From the NCBI GenBank assembly GCA_963675665.1, contig OY776510.1, positions 4,128,001 to 4,192,000 on the forward strand: a DNA stretch of 64,000 bases, in the 5' to 3' direction. The position numbers were made by a program, and so were the translations under genes. Within the stretch, counting starts at the first letter, position 1. Every line of letters starts with the position of its first letter. The notes beneath the pieces are model-generated. The model saw only the letters and a list, made by a program, of their open reading frames with translations, was not told the origin of the DNA and searched no databases. The stretch comes from Spirochaetia bacterium. GTDB lineage: Bacteria; Spirochaetota; Spirochaetia; UBA9216. Shown here piece after piece: positions 57,602 through 64,000 of this stretch.

Positions 57602-58582
57602 TTATCTTTTTACCAGTTTCCTGACAGTTCCGACGACATCGTCGACTACAGGAACTATCTGCTTCTCGAGATCAGGGTTATAGGGGACCGGCATTTCCTT
57701 TCCTCCGAGCCTTTCCACCGGAGCGTCAAGATAATAAAAAGCCTCGCTTTCCATTATTGAAGAAACAACCTCGCCGGCAAAGCCCCCGAATTTGGGCGCT
57801 TCGTGAACAATTACCGCCCGGCTTGTTTTTTTGACTGAATTTATAATTGTTTCGGTATCAAGCGGTTTAAGTGATCGCAGATCGACAACCTCGGCGTTAA
57901 TACCCTCTTCAGCCAGTTGTTCGGCAGCCTCCAGGCAAACGGGCAGCATTCTTGAATAGGAGATTATGCTGATATCAGTCCCTTCGCGTTTTATGTCAGC
58001 CTTCCCTATTTCAATTGTATATTCAGCCTCAGGGACCTCGCCTTTTGTCCTGTACAGAAGCTTGTTTTCAAAAAACAGGACAGGGCCGTTATCCCTGATA
58101 GCTGATTTCAGCAGGCCCTTCGCATCATACGGAGTTGCAGGATATATTATTTTTAAACCGGGAGTATTCGTATACATCGATTCGAGACTCTGGGAATGCT
58201 GCGCAGCAGCGCCTGTTCCGGAACCGAAAGGTGCCCTGAAAACCAGCGGCACCTGCACCTGGCCGCCGGTCATAAACCTGTATTTGGCTGCATGGTTGAT
58301 AAGGCCGTCCGAAACAAGGGTTGAAAAGTCACCGAACATTATCTCAACAATTGGCCGCATCCCTACCATTGATGCCCCCATTGCCAGGTCCATAAAACCT
58401 TCTTCCGAAATCGGGGTTTCAAGCATCTGATCAGTACCGAATTCATCAAGCATCCCGCGTGAAACACCGAAACATCCCCCGTATACGCCAATATCTTCAC
58501 CGACGAGAACAACATTACGATCCGCTCTCATCTCTTCGCTCATAGCATCTTTAACTGCCTGTAAAAAAGTTATCTCTGCCAT
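57602..58582 (-). CDS. 2-oxoacid/acetoin dehydrogenase E1 beta subunit
   Basis: GEDIG, TPISE, AQHSQS and EVVDLRSL.PLD motifs. Confidence 0.95.
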   Translation of the reverse strand: MAEITFLQAVKDAMSEEMRADRNVVLVGEDIGVYGGCFGVSRGMLDEFGTDQMLETPISEEGFMDLAMGASMVGMRPIVEIMFGDFSTLVSDGLINHAAKYRFMTGGQVQVPLVFRAPFGSGTGAAAQHSQSLESMYTNTPGLKIIYPATPYDAKGLLKSAIRDNGPVLFFENKLLYRTKGEVPEAEYTIEIGKADIKREGTDISIISYSRMLPVCLEAAEQLAEEGINAEVVDLRSLKPLDTETIINSVKKTSRAVIVHEAPKFGGFAGEVVSSIMESEAFYYLDAPVERLGGKEMPVPYNPDLEKQIVPVVDDVVGTVRKLVKR

Positions 58583-59563
58583 CTAAATATCCCCCTGACT
58601 GCTGTAAACATAACCAAGCGCTTCTTCAAGGCTGATCCTTTCCTTGCCCCTGCATTTTTCGGTTGCGGCTTCTATTTCAGCCTCAACATCAGTCTTCATC
58701 TTCTCAAAAGATTTCTCGGTAATATAACCGCGTTCCAGCAGCTTTGCCCTGAACATGGCTATGGGACATCTTTCCTTCCATTCGGCTTCTTCTTCCTTGG
58801 TGCGGTACTCACGTCTGTCGGACTTCGAATGTCCCAGCCACCTGTAGGTCTTGACCTCAAGAAGGAAGGGTTTCGGGTTCTTCCGCATATTATCCGCAAG
58901 CTCCTTTACGGTGCTGTAAACAAGTTCTACATCGTTTCCGTCGATTACCCGGTTTTCAATGTTATAGGCTGTTCCGCGAACTGCAATGTCTTCAACCGAA
59001 ACAGCATACCTGGCCGGCACCGACATCCCGTAAAGGTTGTTTTCACATATATACAGAACAGGCACGTCCCATATTGAAGCCATATTAAGCGCTTCATGAA
59101 AAGCTCCCCGGTTGCTCGCTGCATCTCCGAACATCGTGCAGACGATATTTTTGGAACCCGATCTTTTCAGTTGAAGGGCCATTCCGGTCGCCATCGGGAT
59201 TGCTGATCCGACAATTCCTGAACTTCCCATGTTTTTATAACGCGTATCGATAATATGCATCGAACCGCCCATTCCTTTGCATACGCCTTCCCTGATTGCC
59301 ATCAGTTCCGCCATTATATCGTACGGAGTGGAGCCTTTTGCTATGCAGTGCCCGTGCCCCCGGTGGTTAGGAAGAATCCAGTCGTCCCTGTCAAGCGCCG
59401 GGCTTACACCCGCATGAAGGGCTTCCTGTCCTATTCCGAGGTGTGTCGTTCCGTGTATCAGTCCCTGCATAAACATTTCGTTTACCTTCTCTTCGAAACG
59501 GCGCGACGTGAGCATCAGCCGCATGGTTTCAAGAGACTGTTTTTTTCCGAATTCAAATGCCAT
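58583..59563 (-). CDS. 2-oxoacid/acetoin dehydrogenase E1 alpha subunit
   Basis: GTTHL.IGQEA, HRGHGH, GGSMH, GDAA...N TPP motif and TYRWLGHS.SD. Confidence 0.95.
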   Translation of the reverse strand: MAFEFGKKQSLETMRLMLTSRRFEEKVNEMFMQGLIHGTTHLGIGQEALHAGVSPALDRDDWILPNHRGHGHCIAKGSTPYDIMAELMAIREGVCKGMGGSMHIIDTRYKNMGSSGIVGSAIPMATGMALQLKRSGSKNIVCTMFGDAASNRGAFHEALNMASIWDVPVLYICENNLYGMSVPARYAVSVEDIAVRGTAYNIENRVIDGNDVELVYSTVKELADNMRKNPKPFLLEVKTYRWLGHSKSDRREYRTKEEEAEWKERCPIAMFRAKLLERGYITEKSFEKMKTDVEAEIEAATEKCRGKERISLEEALGYVYSSQGDI

Positions 59564-59652
59564 TTATTGCCTCCCTGGACATAATTTTTATATCAGCGCC
59601 GTTTATAAAACCGGCGTCCGTCAGGCAGGGTTTCTTCAACCTCTGTCATAGT

Positions 59653-59717
59653 GTTACATTTGCTCACTTGTATTACTTATGTAACTTTATAATATTACAA
59701 ATCGGGTGAATTCGCAA
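59653..59717 (-). promoter_or_regulatory. Putative promoter and operator of the dehydrogenase operon
   Basis: Minus strand TTGCGA-N17-TATTAT (59717-59689); GTTACAT-N19-ATGTAAC inverted repeat (59653-59685) over the predicted start site. Confidence 0.45.
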
Positions 59718-59803
59718 GGGTAAAAACATGTTTTAAGAAAAATAATGAATAAAAATTACTGCAAGATGTATTAGACTTTGAAGAACAACAACGGAGGGTT
59801 TCA

Positions 59804-60301
59804 ATGACCATATCAGTCAGTGCGGGCAGTTTCCTGTATATCATGATGGCGGTTATAATTGGCGTAATTATTTTATCGATGCTTCTGAAAAAGGGAGACC
59901 GAAATAAAAAAATCATAACAGTAGTAATAGTTCTTGCAGTATTTATTTTTATTTACATATTGTTCGGCAGACCTGCCAAAATATTAATTGATGAACAGGG
60001 AATTAATTCCACTGCGTACGGGAAAATTGAATTCAACTGGAGCGATGTTAAAAGCGCGGAATATATAAGTAACTATCAAAACAGCCCGTACAAACCTTCA
60101 CTTAAATTGAACGGAACAGCCTTAAAATATTTTCGCGTAGGAAAATTTCGACTTGCAAACGGAGATAATGTTAAACTTGTTACCCAGAAATCCGACGATG
60201 CTTTGATATTTTACACTTCAGACGGAATCTATCTTTTTGCTATTGATCAGCTTAAAGAGATGATTGACATTGCAGATAACTACATTGAGGTGGTATACTG
60301 A
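59804..60301 (+). CDS. Membrane protein with bacterial PH-like domain
   Basis: Two TMs then I.W.DVKS...KLNGT....FRVGKFRL.NG; GGAGG RBS. Confidence 0.75.
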   Translation: MTISVSAGSFLYIMMAVIIGVIILSMLLKKGDRNKKIITVVIVLAVFIFIYILFGRPAKILIDEQGINSTAYGKIEFNWSDVKSAEYISNYQNSPYKPSLKLNGTALKYFRVGKFRLANGDNVKLVTQKSDDALIFYTSDGIYLFAIDQLKEMIDIADNYIEVVY

Positions 60302-60310
60302 TGTCAGGAT

Positions 60311-61258
60311 ATGGAAAACAGTTATACGAATACAGTACTCGAGGCAATCACAAAAGCCCTTAATCAGGGAATAAACGATGTCGGTTCCGTAACCATCACA
60401 ATCGTTGTGATAGTCGTGCTGATAACCGGATTATCAGTTATTATCAAATTCAGAAGTAAAAGCAGAATTAAGAACTCTTCGGAGGAAAGTTATCAGAAAT
60501 TAATCCGAAAGTTTAATCTTACAATCCTTGAGCTGGATCTGCTGGACAAGCTTGCTTTATCGCTTAAAAAACCGGAAGAAAAATATATTCTTCTTATCAA
60601 TAAAAGCAAATTGAGGCAGGCAGTCAACCGGACTGACAATTTAACGGACACGGACTTCAAAATGCTTGAACAGCTCCGGCTCAGGCTCGGCTTTGTCAGA
60701 AAGGACGATTCGGAAGGTAAAATATCCACAAAATCCATTAAACAGGCAATGCCTGTAATACTCAAACTGCATAACGGAGAATTTGCTGAGGCTGAAGTAT
60801 ATTCACTTTCCGAATCAAATATCACCGTAAAATATATGCATCAGAAAGAACCTGTAATCCCTGATAACGAAGTCCTTATGATTACGTTCATTTCCGGAAC
60901 CCCGGCTTTGTTCAATCTCCGCCCCGACCGCGTTAAAGGCGAACTTTTCAAGGCTCCTCATATCGAAGCTTTCGAATTTGAAAAGATAAATACAAAAATC
61001 GAGATAACATGTGAAGAAATTGCCGATTCTGATTCCGACAGTCAGGACAGGAATGAAACATTCAAATCGTTAATCGGTATTCTGTTTCCAAACGGCGCTG
61101 TAATACGATACGGCAGAAGCGAGCTGGTCCAGGAACAGGCTGTAAAAATCTTTCTTGACAACGACAGAAAGAAACAATATCCGCTTTATGCGGAAGTAAT
61201 AAAAATATCGGAAAAGAAAGGCCTGGCATCAGTCAGGTTTATAAATTTTAAAAGTTAA
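60311..61258 (+). CDS. Membrane-anchored protein with probable degenerate PilZN/PilZ-like domains
   Basis: N-terminal TM, helical domain, two beta domains ending AEVIK...ASVRF; the RxxxR and DxSxxG motifs are absent. Confidence 0.5.
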   Translation: MENSYTNTVLEAITKALNQGINDVGSVTITIVVIVVLITGLSVIIKFRSKSRIKNSSEESYQKLIRKFNLTILELDLLDKLALSLKKPEEKYILLINKSKLRQAVNRTDNLTDTDFKMLEQLRLRLGFVRKDDSEGKISTKSIKQAMPVILKLHNGEFAEAEVYSLSESNITVKYMHQKEPVIPDNEVLMITFISGTPALFNLRPDRVKGELFKAPHIEAFEFEKINTKIEITCEEIADSDSDSQDRNETFKSLIGILFPNGAVIRYGRSELVQEQAVKIFLDNDRKKQYPLYAEVIKISEKKGLASVRFINFKS

Positions 61259-62011
61259 GTGAAATACTGCAATCATCCTTTTGCTCTTCCTACAGACAGG
61301 GCGAAAATCCATGCCATGGCCCTTATGAAAATGCTTGAAAATCATGGAAGAATAGATTTTGAAACGATTCCTCCGGCAACTGGCCCCGTTTCGGATGCCA
61401 GGTTGTCGACCTCGCTGCTGTTCAGCGAAAACAGGGGCCAGATGTTCGGCATCCTGTTATGTACAGCTCCTGATATTTATTCCGCTCCTGCTGTGCTGAA
61501 GGCTTTCTCGGGACAATATAACGGGCTTTGGGAGGTTCCGGGCTGGGCGCCGCCCCTTATAGATCCGGGAACCTTTGAGAACGCGGTACTGAAGGCCGAC
61601 CCTGCAATAAAGGAGCTGACGGCTAAAATCTCAAACCTGCCGACAAAGTCGGCCGAACGCGCTCTGCTAATTGACCGGCGCAGAGAACTTTCCCGGCGGC
61701 ATATGCATGAAATACACGAGATGTATACAATCCGGAATTTCGCCGGCGAATCAACTGATTTATTCAGCCTGTTTAAAGACCGCGGTGGCATCCCGGCAGG
61801 CACCGGCGACTGCTGCGCCCCGAAGCTACTCAATCATGCAATAGAACGAGGACTGAAGCCTTTAAGTCTTGCCGAGTTCTACTGGGGACGCGACAACCGT
61901 TCCGGCACAAGGAAGCATCGCCGGTTCTATCCGCCCTGCAATGAAAAATGCAGACCGCTTCTGGAGTTTATGCTTGTCGGCACGGAATTCAGCGGAGCCG
62001 GCAATGCCTGA
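61259..62011 (+). CDS. Stand-alone TrcP-like cytidine-deaminase-fold protein
   Basis: GQMFGIL, KAFSG, WAPP, GTGDCCAPKLL, LAEFYWG and FYPPCNEKC match the N-terminal motif set of long RluA/TrcP proteins. Confidence 0.75.
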   Translation: MKYCNHPFALPTDRAKIHAMALMKMLENHGRIDFETIPPATGPVSDARLSTSLLFSENRGQMFGILLCTAPDIYSAPAVLKAFSGQYNGLWEVPGWAPPLIDPGTFENAVLKADPAIKELTAKISNLPTKSAERALLIDRRRELSRRHMHEIHEMYTIRNFAGESTDLFSLFKDRGGIPAGTGDCCAPKLLNHAIERGLKPLSLAEFYWGRDNRSGTRKHRRFYPPCNEKCRPLLEFMLVGTEFSGAGNA

Positions 62012-62684
62012 AATACTCTACTCTGATAAATCAATAGTTGTAATTAACAAACCCGCCGGTATGCTGTCTGTTCCGGGACGCAGCCTTGGTATGCAGGACA
62101 GTGCGGCGCTGCGCATCAGAAAAAAATTTCACGGATGCATAGAGCAGCCTTCTGTTCACCGGCTTGATATGGACACCTCGGGCCTTATGGTCTTTGCATT
62201 AACAGTGGAGGCTCACCGAAACCTTTCGATTCAGTTCAGTAACTCAACCATAAAAAAAACCTATATTTCTGTACTGGACGGAATAATTGATAAACGCCTT
62301 GGAGCTTCAGGCCGTATTGAGCTGAAATTCCGCCTTGACATAGACAACCGGCCATACCAGATCTTCGATTCCGTTAACGGAAAAACGGGGATTACCCTAT
62401 GGAATAAGATTGAAGAAAAGAACGACCGGACACGTATTGAATTTATACCGCACACCGGCCGCACTCATCAGTTACGGCTGCATTCGGCGCATCCGGTCAA
62501 TTTTATGGACGGCTTAAACCATGGCGGACTCGGCTGCCCTGTCGCAGGAGACAGGCTATACGGAAACAGCAATGATGATGAACATGCTGCAGGCATACGA
62601 ATGCTTCTGCACGCTTCAGAGCTTGAGTTTGCACATCCCGATACCGGCGAATATCTGCATTTTTTTTGCGCCGCTCCATTTTAA
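62004..62684 (+). CDS. RluA-family pseudouridine synthase
   Basis: NKPAGMLS, HRLDMDTSG (catalytic Asp), TGRTHQLRLH, GDRLYG and LLHA motifs; ATG 62004 with GGAG RBS. Confidence 0.95.
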   Translation: MPEILYSDKSIVVINKPAGMLSVPGRSLGMQDSAALRIRKKFHGCIEQPSVHRLDMDTSGLMVFALTVEAHRNLSIQFSNSTIKKTYISVLDGIIDKRLGASGRIELKFRLDIDNRPYQIFDSVNGKTGITLWNKIEEKNDRTRIEFIPHTGRTHQLRLHSAHPVNFMDGLNHGGLGCPVAGDRLYGNSNDDEHAAGIRMLLHASELEFAHPDTGEYLHFFCAAPF

Positions 62685-63376
62685 CCGGGAGCTTGCTCGT
62701 CCGCAAAAACTCCCGGCAGACGGCCGGTTATTTCAACAAAGCGCCCATAGAATTTCAGAAATAACCCTATAACGGGACCCAGCGAAAGCCCCACCAAAAA
62801 AGTTCCCCAGAATACGCCTACAAGCTTGCCGAAAAAAATAAAACTCAATGCAACGGCAATCGCCAGATTTGACAGATCAAAAACAAGTTTTACCCTGCTG
62901 AACCGAATACCATATTTCACGGAAATCTTCCGTACAAAAATGTCGAAAGGCAGCATCGGGAACCCGGACAATATAAAATTTGTAATGGCGAAGCTCATTA
63001 TCACAATAGCCCCGACAAGCATGATTACCCGCCCGAACGGAGAGTTCAATTGTAAATTCCCAAGAATAAATGTCCATAAGTCTATAACATACCCAAAAAG
63101 AACCGCAGACAGAAATGTCAGCAAGTATCTCAGGCGGATTTCACGAACCACAGTCAGCATTAATAAAAAAATTATGCCCTGATGAAGGTAGCTTAAAGTC
63201 CCGAATGAAAGAGTATCAATATAACGGCTGAGGACATAGGAAGGAGATGTCACAACAGCAACGCCGTAATTGGCTTTAACAGTAAGCACTACGCCTAAAG
63301 CAAGAAGAAATTGACCCGTAAAATAGGCAACAATATTATTCAGTTTAATTTTGTTCATTATATTAAAACCCGCCAT
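62681..63376 (-). CDS. YczE/YyaS (DUF6198-like) membrane protein
   Basis: ALGV.L..KA..GV..VTS; K..FD; G.L.GV..GT; multi-TM. Confidence 0.8.
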   Translation of the reverse strand: MAGFNIMNKIKLNNIVAYFTGQFLLALGVVLTVKANYGVAVVTSPSYVLSRYIDTLSFGTLSYLHQGIIFLLMLTVVREIRLRYLLTFLSAVLFGYVIDLWTFILGNLQLNSPFGRVIMLVGAIVIMSFAITNFILSGFPMLPFDIFVRKISVKYGIRFSRVKLVFDLSNLAIAVALSFIFFGKLVGVFWGTFLVGLSLGPVIGLFLKFYGRFVEITGRLPGVFADEQAPG

Positions 63377-63454
63377 GGCTGAAAATAATTAGAATGCCCG
63401 GTATTCTATCATATGTAATTGAGTCTTGTGTACTAATAGAATAGAATACCTGCA

Positions 63455-64000
63455 ATGCATAAATGGCAAAAAAATCTTTATACAGTATGGTTTACCCAGT
63501 TTCTTTCCCTGATGGGTTTCGGGTTCGGAATGCCTTTTCTTCCTTTTTTTATTCAGGACCTGGGTGTTACAGATCCGGCGGCATTAAAAATGTGGACCGG
63601 CTGGCTGGCTTCGGCTCCGGCTCTCGCTATGGCGATTATGGCTCCGATTTGGGGTTATCTTGCGGACAAAAAGGGCAAAAAGATAATGCTGATAAGGGCA
63701 ATGCTCGGCGGAACCGTTGTAATGTTGGGGCTCGGCCTGTCAAAAACGGTATATGCCGTGCTGGTTTTCAGAACCCTGCAGGGCTTGCTGACCGGCACCG
63801 TAACATCAAGCGCCGCGCTTGTAGCAAGCGGAACACCTGATAAAAAACTTTCATATGCTCTTGGATTTATATCTTCCTCTACATTTATAGGATACTCGCT
63901 GGGGCCGGCAGCAGGCGGACTGATCGCAGAACACTTCGGTTACCGCCCAAGTTTTTTTATAGGTGCGGCAATTGTGTGCGTAGGCCTGGCCCTGGTTCTG
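63455..64000 (+). CDS. MFS transporter (MdtG-like), truncated by the window end
   Basis: Frame from ATG 63455 reads MHKWQKNLYTVWFTQFLSLMGFGFGMPFLPFF...APIWGYLADKKGQKIMLIR. Not in the supplied track. Confidence 0.88.
   Translation, partial: MHKWQKNLYTVWFTQFLSLMGFGFGMPFLPFFIQDLGVTDPAALKMWTGWLASAPALAMAIMAPIWGYLADKKGKKIMLIRAMLGGTVVMLGLGLSKTVYAVLVFRTLQGLLTGTVTSSAALVASGTPDKKLSYALGFISSSTFIGYSLGPAAGGLIAEHFGYRPSFFIGAAIVCVGLALVL

Noticed and set aside
61869-62003. N-terminal extension of the RluA ORF
   Set aside because: It overlaps the deaminase catalytic motifs in another frame; ATG 62004 has an RBS and matches the family start.
63463-63840. 125-aa ORF in the supplied track
   Set aside because: Wrong frame; the real gene is the MFS transporter starting at 63455 and running off the window.

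Overview
A gene-dense chromosomal segment, probably from a free-living spirochaete (inferred from the rpsB-tsf-frr-uppS-cdsA-dxr-rseP order without pyrH, the rpsF-ssb-rpsR-DUF2232-rplI-dnaB order, and many spirochaete-style TPR, SH3 and LVIVD lipoproteins). It holds about 57 CDS. I saw no rRNA, tRNA, CRISPR array or transposase. Housekeeping content includes an XPB helicase pair, an aroD-aroE fusion, icd, an MltD-type transglycosylase, xth, maf, the translation/isoprenoid cluster and the rpsF-dnaB cluster. Leading candidates for novelty: (1) a two-gene, split version of a TrcP-type C-to-pseudouridine RNA editor (stand-alone Cys-ligated deaminase-like gene coupled to an RluA-type synthase, 61259-62684); (2) a surface-protein locus of about 12.7 kb with a predicted beta-barrel/transglutaminase/TPR enzyme, a 1753-aa Ig-repeat protein anchored at both ends, and an LVIVD lipoprotein; (3) two homologous three-hairpin elements inside a 2-oxoacid dehydrogenase-crotonase-acyl-CoA dehydrogenase-ETF operon; (4) a junction near 12.7 kb where two divergent ORFs both appear to have lost their 5' ends. 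All family assignments come from motif recognition by eye; no database search was run.
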